Of a DNA stretch of 64,000 nt, positions 48,470 through 56,214 are shown piece after piece. The notes under the pieces are model-generated. The model was not told the origin of the DNA, did no database searches, and saw only the letters and a program-made list of their open reading frames with translations. Both the position numbers and the translations under genes were made by a program. The DNA is from a virus: positions 1 through 64,000 of IMG/VR virus record IMGVR_UViG_3300028197_001695, one strand, 5' to 3'. Numbering within the stretch: the stretch's first letter is position 1; each line of letters begins with the position of its first letter.

Positions 48470-48497
48470 TATAGATCTGGGCCTATAGATCTGGGCC
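48470..48497 (+). repeat. Tandem 14-bp direct repeat
   Basis: TATAGATCTGGGCC x2. Confidence 0.8.
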
Positions 48498-48641
48498 TAT
48501 ATATTTGGCTTATTTGCTTTTAACCTTAGTGACCTTAGTGCATTATTTGCTTAAATATCTGGCGATGTTTGTCAAGTTTATTTGCAAAAATATTTGGCAT
48601 TGTTGGCCCAAAAAAAAATCACTTTAAACGCAAAAAAGGTA

Positions 48642-48670
48642 TTGCGCTTCATAAAAAAATACTTTAGACT
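48642..48670 (+). promoter_or_regulatory. Sigma70-type promoter with a leader, for the DUF932-like gene
   Basis: TTGCGC-17-TAGACT; ATG at 48726. Confidence 0.6.
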
Positions 48671-48725
48671 CTCACCAGTTCAGAGGCAGTTCTCTGACAA
48701 TAACCAACTAGAAACTACTACTACC

Positions 48726-49523
48726 ATGAAAAACCTAATCTACTCATCCAATAAAGTCAGCTATGATCAACTCAAAGAAGTTGAAAAGCCTGAGCCTATG
48801 GGTTCGCGTCACTTCCCAATCGACCATCACGAGTTGGTCGATATCGCGAAGCGCGAATTACGAGGCGCAGGTTTTGAGGTCGTGCAAGAGGAGCACGGAC
48901 TTTCCGAGAAAGGTATGAATTGCTTTTCTGGTTTTGCTATCCGCAAGGAAGACATTGAGAACAAAGACCGCGAGCTTGTCTTCGGTCTTCGGAACTCTCA
49001 CAATCAAAAGTTCGCTAGTTCTGTGGCGGTTGGCTCTTCGATGCTTGTTTGCGAGAATCTTTGCTTCTCTTCTGACATTACCCTGTCACGCAAGCACACC
49101 CGCAACATTTTTCAGGATCTCCCTCTCGTTATGGGTGAGGCGATTGGGTCTATTCAAAAGACTTGGAAAAATGAAGGTAAGCGCATCGAGACTTACAAAA
49201 ATACCCAAGCTGATGAGATCGAGGTAATCAATCAGCTAATCAAAGCTGGCTTGATCAAGCCCACCAAGATTGAAAAATTCTTGGATCTTGTTCAGAATGG
49301 CGGGGTCGATGTCAACGGCACAAAGGGAGCCTTCCACGAACATCGCGGAACACTCTGGAACATCTTCAACGCTGTTACAGAATCCTACAAGGATTTGACT
49401 GCTAACAATGTCATGCACCTCCCACGCATGACAATGCAGACTCAAAGTATTCTTGACAGGGTCGCAAGCCCCTCTTTAATTACTGCGGAAGATAAAAATT
49501 CAGCCCTAGTGCTTTCTGCTTAA
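48726..49523 (+). CDS. DUF932-like protein (start moved to ATG 48726)
   Basis: RHFPIDH, VFGLRNSHNQ...AVG..MLVCENL...RKHT pattern of DUF932/DUF945 proteins. Confidence 0.65.
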   Translation: MKNLIYSSNKVSYDQLKEVEKPEPMGSRHFPIDHHELVDIAKRELRGAGFEVVQEEHGLSEKGMNCFSGFAIRKEDIENKDRELVFGLRNSHNQKFASSVAVGSSMLVCENLCFSSDITLSRKHTRNIFQDLPLVMGEAIGSIQKTWKNEGKRIETYKNTQADEIEVINQLIKAGLIKPTKIEKFLDLVQNGGVDVNGTKGAFHEHRGTLWNIFNAVTESYKDLTANNVMHLPRMTMQTQSILDRVASPSLITAEDKNSALVLSA

Positions 49524-49541
49524 ATTTCCTTGACATAGCAA

Positions 49542-49580
49542 GCCCCGTCCCCTCTGCATGGGGGGCGGGGTTTTTCTTTT
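49542..49580 (+). terminator. Rho-independent terminator
   Basis: GCCCCGTCCCC...GGGGGGCGGGGT followed by TTTTCTTTT. Confidence 0.75.
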
Positions 49581-49602
49581 GTCAATAATAAAAAAAACGC
49601 TC

Positions 49603-49677
49603 TAAGTCGTTGAGTATCAATGAGTTAGGGGCCAGCCCCCCGCCGCGCCCCGTAACTCCTTATCAATCAGTGACTTA
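49603..49677. repeat. 75-bp double-palindrome element, copy 3
   Basis: TAAGTCGTTGAGTATCAATGAGTTA / GGGGCCAGCCCCCCGCCGCGCCCCG / TAACTCCTTATCAATCAGTGACTTA. Confidence 0.85.
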
Positions 49678-49789
49678 CGACGATTGTTTCCATATCACAA
49701 AAAACTAAGAGTGCAAGCGCAAATTAAAATAATAAAAAACATTAAAAAAGCCTTGTCTCGCATAAAAATCCTGTCACAATACTTTCGTT

Positions 49790-50140
49790 ATGGGATTAGA
49801 TCAAAATGCATATAGACAGGACTCCAACGGGGAAGATGTAGAACTCGCCACTTGGAGAAAGCACAACGCCTTGCAAGGCTGGATGGAAAAACTCTGGACT
49901 CTCAAAACGGGAAAGCCAGCAAATGAATTGAATTGTGAGGTCATGCAATTGACTGCGGAGGATTTAGAAAGTCTGTGGGCAGTGGTTAAAGCTGACGATT
50001 TGCCAGTAACGCAAGGTTTCTTTTTCGGTGCTGATAGCAGTCAGGATGAAACAAGGAAAGAAAAGGATCTTCGGTTTGTTGATGATGCTCTAAAGGCCAT
50101 TGATGATGGGGAAAAAGTTTTTTATTCTTGCTGGTGGTAA
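49790..50140 (+). CDS. Hypothetical phage protein
   Basis: MGLDQNAY...WRKHNALQGWM; upstream TTGTCT-16-CACAAT-ACTTTCGTT-ATG mirrors the 45934 leader. Confidence 0.7.
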   Translation: MGLDQNAYRQDSNGEDVELATWRKHNALQGWMEKLWTLKTGKPANELNCEVMQLTAEDLESLWAVVKADDLPVTQGFFFGADSSQDETRKEKDLRFVDDALKAIDDGEKVFYSCWW

Positions 50141-50164
50141 ATCTTTACCCAATAATTAAACACT

Positions 50165-50869
50165 ATGAAATTACTTAATCAAGGCAATGCCAAAACACTC
50201 AAGGGAGAAAAGGTTGGATTCCGCACGTTCGGTCTCCACCTTTCCCCTGCTACTAAATCAGGATACAACGTCTGCCAATGGGCAAGCGCGGGATGTCGTG
50301 CCGCTTGTTTAGATACAGCGGGGCGCGGTTGTATGTCCAACGTGCAAAATTCTAGAATCGCTAAAACTCAAAGGTTCTTCAAAGATAACTTTGGCTTCAT
50401 GTCGGATCTTCGAATTGAAATCGGTAAGGCTATCAAAAGCGCGGCAAGAAAAAGTCTTACTCCTTGTTTTCGTCTTAACCTTACAAGCGATATCCCTTGG
50501 GAGAATATGAAAAAGGGCGGTAAGACAAGTGTGATTGAAGAGTTCCCAAATGTGAATTTCTACGATTACACTAAAGGGTTTTATAGAATGAGGGCTTGGC
50601 TTGATGGCAAAATGCCTGACAACTACCATCTTACCTTTTCTCGCAGTGAGGAGACTAGTGATAACAAAATGAAAACAATCCTTGAGTTAGGAGGCAACGT
50701 CGCCGTTGTCTTCCGTGGTTCACTTCCTAAAACTTATCTTGGCTTTCCCGTCGTCGATGGTGACGAGAATGATCTGCGCTTCAAAGATAAAAAGGGCGTG
50801 ATCGTTGGATTGGTCGAGAAAGGTCTTGCAAAGAAAGACGAAACAGGTTTTGTTGTGGAGCCAAAATGA
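50165..50869 (+). CDS. Gp88-like phage protein with Cys cluster
   Basis: LHLSPA...NVCQWASAGCRAACL..AGRG; FRLNLTSDI; FYDYTK; NYHLTFS; DGDENDLRF. Confidence 0.6.
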   Translation: MKLLNQGNAKTLKGEKVGFRTFGLHLSPATKSGYNVCQWASAGCRAACLDTAGRGCMSNVQNSRIAKTQRFFKDNFGFMSDLRIEIGKAIKSAARKSLTPCFRLNLTSDIPWENMKKGGKTSVIEEFPNVNFYDYTKGFYRMRAWLDGKMPDNYHLTFSRSEETSDNKMKTILELGGNVAVVFRGSLPKTYLGFPVVDGDENDLRFKDKKGVIVGLVEKGLAKKDETGFVVEPK

Positions 50870-50940
50870 TCAAAGGAGAATTAGAAACAGCGATAGTGCT
50901 TATAATGACGATTCTCGCCCTAATATTCAAAAAAAGATAA
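50866..50940 (+). CDS. 24-aa single-pass membrane micropeptide (not in ORF track)
   Basis: MIKGELETAIVLIMTILALIFKKR*; ATGA overlap with upstream stop; next ATG 1 nt after its stop. Confidence 0.55.
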   Translation: MIKGELETAIVLIMTILALIFKKR

Positions 50941-50941
50941 A

Positions 50942-51163
50942 ATGCAGCAAAAAAACATTACTTACAGTGGAATGCCCGACAAGGCATATCGGGAAATCGT
51001 AAAGCAAGCGACAGGCTCAGGCCATTGCAACGTTTACCCAAAGAGGTTATCAAACCAAGTAAGCGAAGCTTGCGATGATTTCTTTAAGTCGAGGAATATA
51101 AAATATGGTTCCTCTTGGTTTCATAAACAAGCAGATAGGAAACAAGAACAAGCAAAAAGATGA
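50942..51163 (+). CDS. Hypothetical protein
   Basis: Tightly packed operon ORF. Confidence 0.6.
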   Translation: MQQKNITYSGMPDKAYREIVKQATGSGHCNVYPKRLSNQVSEACDDFFKSRNIKYGSSWFHKQADRKQEQAKR

Positions 51164-51402
51164 ACCAAACACCAACAGTTAAATTGACAGGAGTATTCCC
51201 TAAAACATTTAGAGCAACTAAGTGTGAGACGGGGAGAGCAGATTGCAACTTTGAATATACTGACGAAAAGAAACAAGTTTTCTTTGAAGTGTGCTTACAT
51301 GGAGCGGTTTCACTGCATGAACATTTCACAGAGCTAGGTTATACAGAATTGGCCCCAAAATTAGAATTCCCAACTTGGCATCCTAACTACAAAAAAAGCT
51401 AA
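51160..51402 (+). CDS. Hypothetical protein
   Basis: ATGA-coupled ORF. Confidence 0.6.
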   Translation: MNQTPTVKLTGVFPKTFRATKCETGRADCNFEYTDEKKQVFFEVCLHGAVSLHEHFTELGYTELAPKLEFPTWHPNYKKS

Positions 51403-51406
51403 AACT

Positions 51407-51589
51407 ATGACAATAGAGGTAGAAAGAAAAGAAGTTTACGGTAATACCCTAACTTATGTAAAAAAAGAATCTGTCAGGAATTCTATAAAGAAACTAACAG
51501 GAAGAAAAACTTTAACTCACTATGACATTGAGGCTCTAAAAGAGTTGGGCTTTATCTTAGTCATTGAACAAGTAACAGAAAGAATTTAA
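51407..51589 (+). CDS. Hypothetical protein
   Basis: Tightly packed operon ORF. Confidence 0.6.
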   Translation: MTIEVERKEVYGNTLTYVKKESVRNSIKKLTGRKTLTHYDIEALKELGFILVIEQVTERI

Positions 51590-51592
51590 ATT

Positions 51593-51883
51593 ATGATTAA
51601 AGAACACACAATGCCGTGCATCCACATGAATGGATCGGGCGAAGATAGTCTACGCAGACAATACAATGAATTGTTTTGCGCTGTAAGCGACGCTCAAGTC
51701 AAACTCCTTTATGATACAGACTTCCATGAGAGAGATTACTACCCTCTTGGGGATGAAGCTTGGGATAAAGCTTATCAAGAAAGAGAAGAAGTGAAGGAAG
51801 CCATGAACAAGGTTTACCAGTATGTCAAGCAGCATATGCACTTTCTCGACTATGGAAAGGAGCCGTTGCCAGATGAAAGTTAA
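51593..51883 (+). CDS. Hypothetical protein
   Basis: PCIHMNGSG...DFHERDYYP; ends 12 bp before element copy 4. Confidence 0.65.
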   Translation: MIKEHTMPCIHMNGSGEDSLRRQYNELFCAVSDAQVKLLYDTDFHERDYYPLGDEAWDKAYQEREEVKEAMNKVYQYVKQHMHFLDYGKEPLPDES

Positions 51884-51895
51884 ATAAAATGCTCC

Positions 51896-51970
51896 TAACT
51901 CGTTGACTATCAGCGAGTTAGAGGGCCGCGCCCCGCCGCGCCTCCTAAGTCCTTACTAATCAGTGGGTTA
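51896..51970. repeat. 75-bp double-palindrome element, copy 4
   Basis: TAACTCGTTGACTATCAGCGAGTTA / GAGGGCCGCGCCCCGCCGCGCCTCC / TAAGTCCTTACTAATCAGTGGGTTA. Confidence 0.85.
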
Positions 51971-52115
51971 CAGTGCTTTTTTTCAATCCCTTTCACTTGC
52001 TGATAATTAGTTAGTTGTGTAATCGGGTTTTGTTTATTTGTTGCTCACCAAAAAAACGGGCATCTGAGGCTTGCTTTTATTTGCTTATATTTGGAATAAA
52101 ATTCGACATCTTTGC

Positions 52116-52143
52116 TTGCTTTATTACTATACACTACTATAAT
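52116..52143 (+). promoter_or_regulatory. Sigma70-type promoter, leaderless
   Basis: TTGCTT-16-TATAAT; ATG 52150 after a 6-nt gap. Confidence 0.6.
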
Positions 52144-52149
52144 GAACAC

Positions 52150-52266
52150 ATGAGAGATCGAGAACGCGCTTTCTTTGAGAATGTAGTATTTACCTGCTTA
52201 GTTTTATTAAGTTGTATTATTTCAACCTTCGGGGTTTACAAATTTTTTGGTTTATTTGTTAACTGA
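52150..52266 (+). CDS. 38-aa membrane micropeptide (start moved from 52015)
   Basis: MRDRERAFFENVVFTCLVLLSCIISTFGVYKFFGLFVN*. Confidence 0.55.
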   Translation: MRDRERAFFENVVFTCLVLLSCIISTFGVYKFFGLFVN

Positions 52267-52286
52267 TCTTGCTGACATAACATAAT

Positions 52287-52328
52287 ACCCGTCCTCCTTT
52301 TTTTGGTTTCTAAGGGGGGCGGGTTCTT
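52287..52328 (+). terminator. Terminator-like hairpin between convergent micropeptide genes
   Basis: ACCCGTCCTCCTT...AAGGGGGGCGGGT followed by TCTTT. Confidence 0.6.
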
Positions 52329-52419
52329 TATTTGGCACTTATTTAGCCCAAAATCCTACAACCTTGGGGCTTATTATTTAGAATAATATTTGGCAAACTT
52401 GCCTCTTCTAGCAGTTAGC

Positions 52420-52515
52420 TCATGTATGACCACAGCCAATTAAACAAAGAATAATCAGTATTCCACTACAAGCTACTAGCCCCAAAAGTACCAATTTATT
52501 TATTTTATGTTGCAT
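52420..52515 (-). CDS. 31-aa hydrophobic micropeptide with lipobox-like motifs (not in ORF track)
   Basis: MQHKINKLVLLGLVACSGILIILCLIGCGHT*; GTGTA motif 10 nt upstream. Confidence 0.5.
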   Translation of the reverse strand: MQHKINKLVLLGLVACSGILIILCLIGCGHT

Positions 52516-52525
52516 GCAATAATAT

Positions 52526-52530
52526 TACAC
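52526..52530 (-). promoter_or_regulatory. GTGTA candidate late-promoter motif
   Basis: GTGTA-ATATTATTGC-ATG. Confidence 0.45.
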
Positions 52531-52542
52531 AGTAAGCGGGGC

Positions 52543-52731
52543 TTATTTGTTTTTATTCTTTTTTGCCTGTAGCTTCTTTATCTTACTATAGAATTTTCCT
52601 TTATTTGAGTTATCAACCATGCAGTCTCCAAAGGGTTGCTTATTATTTAATCCAAATATTTCTCTTAGCCTCTCTGTTTGTGCCTCATCTAGATTTACAT
52701 CGAATTTATTTTGTTCGCTATCTTCTTGCAT
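52543..52731 (-). CDS. Hypothetical charged protein
   Basis: 62-aa ORF with protein-like composition. Confidence 0.5.
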   Translation of the reverse strand: MQEDSEQNKFDVNLDEAQTERLREIFGLNNKQPFGDCMVDNSNKGKFYSKIKKLQAKKNKNK

Positions 52732-52780
52732 ATAGTATTATATAAAAAGCAGCAGGGCGGGGCTATTGTTATTTGAAAAA

Positions 52781-52830
52781 ATATTTGGTAACCTTCTGCA
52801 ACCTTTGGTAACCTTTTGCAACCTTTTGGT
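52781..52830 (+). repeat. 10-bp period tandem repeats (iteron-like)
   Basis: ATATTTGGTA ACCTTCTGCA ACCTTTGGTA ACCTTTTGCA ACCTTTTGGT. Confidence 0.75.
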
Positions 52831-52837
52831 ATCGCGC

Positions 52838-52865
52838 TTGACATTACTAGCTTATTTGCTATGAT
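52838..52865 (+). promoter_or_regulatory. Near-consensus promoter with no convincing downstream ORF
   Basis: TTGACA-16-(TGn)TATGAT directly after the 10-bp repeats. Confidence 0.55.
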
Positions 52866-53317
52866 GTAACCAAATTGTGCTTGGTTTGGGGCCAGCTTTT
52901 ATTTGCTTTTATTTGCTTAAAGTTACAGAAACGGGCTTTTATTTGGTTTTTTTTAGAAAAATAGGTGTTTGCTTTGTGTCTGACTAGGGTAAAATATTAC
53001 TTATTATAAAAAAATATTACAAGCGGGGCTAGTTTTATAAAATTTTGTTTGCTCAGAGGCCATTTGGGTTGCTTTTGTTTGTTTTTGTTGGCTATTCGGG
53101 GGCAAAATATACCAAGCTTACCATTATTTATTATTTAGAGCAACAGCCACTATCCTATTATCCATTCCTATATCCATTAATATCTGGTATAACCCTTATT
53201 TTATCTTGTTTTCTTATTGTATTTGTATTATGTATTACTCTATGTATTACCTTGTGGTATACTGTATAAAAAGGAATAAAAACTAAGGTATAAATAAAAA
53301 GAATAAATTATTATAAT

Positions 53318-53962
53318 TTATTGTAAATTATACTTATCTACCCAACCTAGTCTCTCTATTCTATCTTCAAGATATTGTTTGGCCCAGACTAACATCTCTG
53401 GGGAAGGAGCATGTTCATCGTTGTGGGAATGTCTGAATTCTTGGTCTTTGAGTCTGGGATCTGTTTCTGCTGCTATACGGACTGCTACAGCTTTATCTTT
53501 GTCAGATTTATTGAAATGACCAAGGTTAAGAAGCTTGCTATTATGTTTAATACCCGACTTATACTTCTTTTCTGTTTTGCACCAATAAACCCCAATTACC
53601 CCGCTAGTATTATCTTTTCGTTTCTTAGCATTATCTTGGTTTTGTTTATAGGTAGCTAGCCTAAGATTCCAAATCTTATTGTTTGCTGCATCCCCATCTA
53701 TATGATCAACAAACTTTTCTTCTGGATCTATCCCCTTACATAAAAAGTAGACTACTCTATTCACACAATATTTTTTACCATTAAACTCAACTCTAAAGTA
53801 TCCTGTTTCTAAGAGAGTGCCAGCTTCTTTGCCTTTTACAAAGTTGTTCCCCCTATTACACCTCCAAACAAGCCCAGTTTTTGATTCTTCACTGTAAGCA
53901 ACATAATCTCCTATGTCTTTGGGGATTGGTGTGCATTTTTTTCTTGATGTTCCCGTTCTCAT
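53318..53962 (-). CDS. Free-standing HNH homing endonuclease with AP2-like C-terminal domain
   Basis: VDHIDGDAANNKIWNLR (HNH); NTSGVIGVYW...LGHF (AP2-like). Confidence 0.85.
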   Translation of the reverse strand: MRTGTSRKKCTPIPKDIGDYVAYSEESKTGLVWRCNRGNNFVKGKEAGTLLETGYFRVEFNGKKYCVNRVVYFLCKGIDPEEKFVDHIDGDAANNKIWNLRLATYKQNQDNAKKRKDNTSGVIGVYWCKTEKKYKSGIKHNSKLLNLGHFNKSDKDKAVAVRIAAETDPRLKDQEFRHSHNDEHAPSPEMLVWAKQYLEDRIERLGWVDKYNLQ

Positions 53963-54381
53963 ATTTTTTTAAGGTATTTAATAGCACTGTAAAGCAATTC
54001 AACATTATCTTTGAAATTACCTATGCTTCTATTGCAGTTGTGACACAGCCAACCACGAAATTCTTTTGTTTTATGATCGTGATCACAAACCCAAGGCCCA
54101 AGTCTTAATCCACCTTTTCCTTTGACTTCTTCTCCTGTCCCACTGCAAATTGGGCAAGTATGATCTTCTGGAGGGGGAGGAGTGGATATCCGAAGATCTC
54201 TCCTTTCTTTCCCTAACCTTTTTTCACACTCTTTGCATTCAGTTCTTCTATAAGCCCCTCTATCACGGAACCTGAACGAGTCTACAGGTCTATGTTTGCC
54301 ACATTTTTCGCAGAATTTTGTTTCTACATCTGGCTTAACAGAATAAAAACTACGGAAAAACTCCAATTGATCAGAACTCAT
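53959..54381 (-). CDS. Endonuclease VII-family nuclease
   Basis: CPIC...DHDHKTKEFRGWLCHNCNRSIG; N-terminal CEKC..CKEC. Confidence 0.85.
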   Translation of the reverse strand: MSSDQLEFFRSFYSVKPDVETKFCEKCGKHRPVDSFRFRDRGAYRRTECKECEKRLGKERRDLRISTPPPPEDHTCPICSGTGEEVKGKGGLRLGPWVCDHDHKTKEFRGWLCHNCNRSIGNFKDNVELLYSAIKYLKKI

Positions 54382-54390
54382 TGCATTATT

Positions 54391-54747
54391 CTATATCTTC
54401 ACCCAGTTCTTATCAAGAGACAATTTAAATGAACCTAAGTGTTTTTGGCCCCATTCTTCTGGTTTAATCATAGATAATACATTCTTACCCCGAATCTCAT
54501 ATAAATAATAAGTTTCTCCTACTATTGGCTCGAAATTAAATTCTGCTTCATATATTATCCTATCCCAGTTGTATTGATCTATTACTCTATCATACTCTTC
54601 TTTTAGCTGTATCAGCTTCTGCTGAGTGTCTCTCTCTATACTAGAAATCCCCTGCGACTTGAATGAAGTAAGGTCATTCTTGATTATCGGAGGAGATAAA
54701 GTAGAGACTGGATATGATAGAAAAGCTGAACCAGTTACATCGTTCAT
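54391..54747 (-). CDS. DUF2452-like protein
   Basis: LSYPVSTLSPPI...IYEAEFNFEPIVGETYYLYE. Confidence 0.55.
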   Translation of the reverse strand: MNDVTGSAFLSYPVSTLSPPIIKNDLTSFKSQGISSIERDTQQKLIQLKEEYDRVIDQYNWDRIIYEAEFNFEPIVGETYYLYEIRGKNVLSMIKPEEWGQKHLGSFKLSLDKNWVKI

Positions 54748-54757
54748 TCCTTATTAA

Positions 54758-55588
54758 TTATTTTAATTTACAAAAACATCTTGATAGACCTTCTTCAATT
54801 GACACCAAGGGCTTAAAACCTAAATCTTTTTTTGTCTCAGTTATATCTGCCAAAGAGTGCCTTACATCCCCTTCTCTCTTCGGAGAGTTCTCCCATTTAA
54901 CATTATGCCTTTGATTTATAAAATCTCTTATGTAATTCATTGAGACCGATTCTCCAGAGCCTACATCATAAACCTTACCCCCAAACCAATCTTCTGATTC
55001 CATAGCGCAAATATTTGCTAAAACAATATCTTCAACATGAACAAGGTCACGAGTTTGCTCCCCATCTCCATCCATACGCAAAGGCTTTCCTTCTTGTATC
55101 ATTTCCATCCATGCACCAATCGCTGTTGAATAAGATCCACTATAGCTTTGGTCTTCAGAGTAAGCGTTAAAGTAACGAAGACAAACTGTATCTAAACCAT
55201 ATAATTGAGAAAATAACTTACATTCCATTTCTGAAACTAACTTATGTAGTCCATAAGGAGAACAAGAAACACCATCTCTATTGCCATTTGCAGCACTTGA
55301 AGAACTAAAAATAACACGCTTTACATCATGATTTGTCGCCCACTCCAAAAGTGTCGAAGTCACAAGAACATTTTGTTTCATTGTGTAAGACGGATTACGA
55401 ACAGAAAACTCAACTCTTGGCTCAGCAGCAAGGTGGAAGACATAATCAAAATCTTCATCAGGTAAGCAATGAAGGACATCTTCATTATCTTTTTTGTCTA
55501 TACCTCGCACATCATGACCCAAAGATTTTAATTTATGAAATATGTGACCTCCAATATACCCTTTATGACCAGTTACTAATATCTTCAT
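54758..55588 (-). CDS. NAD-dependent nucleotide-sugar epimerase/dehydratase
   Basis: LVTGHKGYIG, FHLAA, FSSSSA, YGLHK (YxxxK), LRYFNAY, RDLVHVED. Confidence 0.9.
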   Translation of the reverse strand: MKILVTGHKGYIGGHIFHKLKSLGHDVRGIDKKDNEDVLHCLPDEDFDYVFHLAAEPRVEFSVRNPSYTMKQNVLVTSTLLEWATNHDVKRVIFSSSSAANGNRDGVSCSPYGLHKLVSEMECKLFSQLYGLDTVCLRYFNAYSEDQSYSGSYSTAIGAWMEMIQEGKPLRMDGDGEQTRDLVHVEDIVLANICAMESEDWFGGKVYDVGSGESVSMNYIRDFINQRHNVKWENSPKREGDVRHSLADITETKKDLGFKPLVSIEEGLSRCFCKLK

Positions 55589-55612
55589 GATTACTCTAAT
55601 AAATATAAAAAT

Positions 55613-56212
55613 TTAAATCGGCCAAGAAAATCCTTTTTCTACATCAATCTTAACTCCAAAAACCCTAGATCTCCATAATACCGATCCAACCTGTGCATCT
55701 TCAAAAATACAATAATCCTCTTTAAGTCCATGATTTGCTACAATAGAAGCCGCTCTTTTGGATAAAAAATACGCTCCTCCCATACAATAGATTACTCTTG
55801 GGACAAAAAACTTCACGTCATTTAATTCTTCACTTTCACATTTCCCGAAATGCCAATCAGAACTGTAATCACCTCGAACTAAGAGGCCAGAATAATCATT
55901 TTTTGAAGCGTCTTTAACAATTTTGTCGAAACCATCTAAGAAAACTACATCGTCATCTGTTTTCAGGAGTAAGTCGAAATCTTTATTTTCAACCGCCCAC
56001 TTTACAGCCATCATGCTTTTTACACTTAGACTTTCATAATTATCTGGGCAAGGCAAATAAACTACTTTCCCTTTAACCAAAGGAGAGGACAATGAAGGAT
56101 CACCAATGAAATACATGTGGTCTCCAAGCCTAGAAGTATCTTGAGACAACATTTTGTGCCTATACTTCTCACAAGATAAAATTATTGTAAATAATCGGTC
56201 CTTTGGTTCCAT
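55613..56212 (-). CDS. GT31-like galactosyltransferase
   Basis: DNYESLSVK...LLKTDDD...YCMGGAYFLS...FEDAQVG. Confidence 0.75.
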   Translation of the reverse strand: MEPKDRLFTIILSCEKYRHKMLSQDTSRLGDHMYFIGDPSLSSPLVKGKVVYLPCPDNYESLSVKSMMAVKWAVENKDFDLLLKTDDDVVFLDGFDKIVKDASKNDYSGLLVRGDYSSDWHFGKCESEELNDVKFFVPRVIYCMGGAYFLSKRAASIVANHGLKEDYCIFEDAQVGSVLWRSRVFGVKIDVEKGFSWPI

Positions 56213-56214
56213 TA

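Noticed and set aside
46472-49652. G-quadruplex in the GC-rich spacers
   Set aside because: The G-rich strand has at most three runs of three or more G per copy; a hairpin fold explains the sequence better.
46447-51970. CRISPR array or canonical integron reading of the 75-bp elements
   Set aside because: Copies are 1-2 kb apart and separated by genes, not by 30-40 bp spacers. No cas or integrase gene is in the window, the ends do not fully match RYYYAAC/GTTRRRY, and the palindromes have a 3-bp centre rather than the 6-8 bp of Xer or lox sites.
53045-53269. 74-aa hydrophobic ORF in the non-coding region
   Set aside because: TTG start, low-complexity Leu/Ile/Tyr content expected from a T-rich strand, and far from the promoter at 52838; likely spurious.
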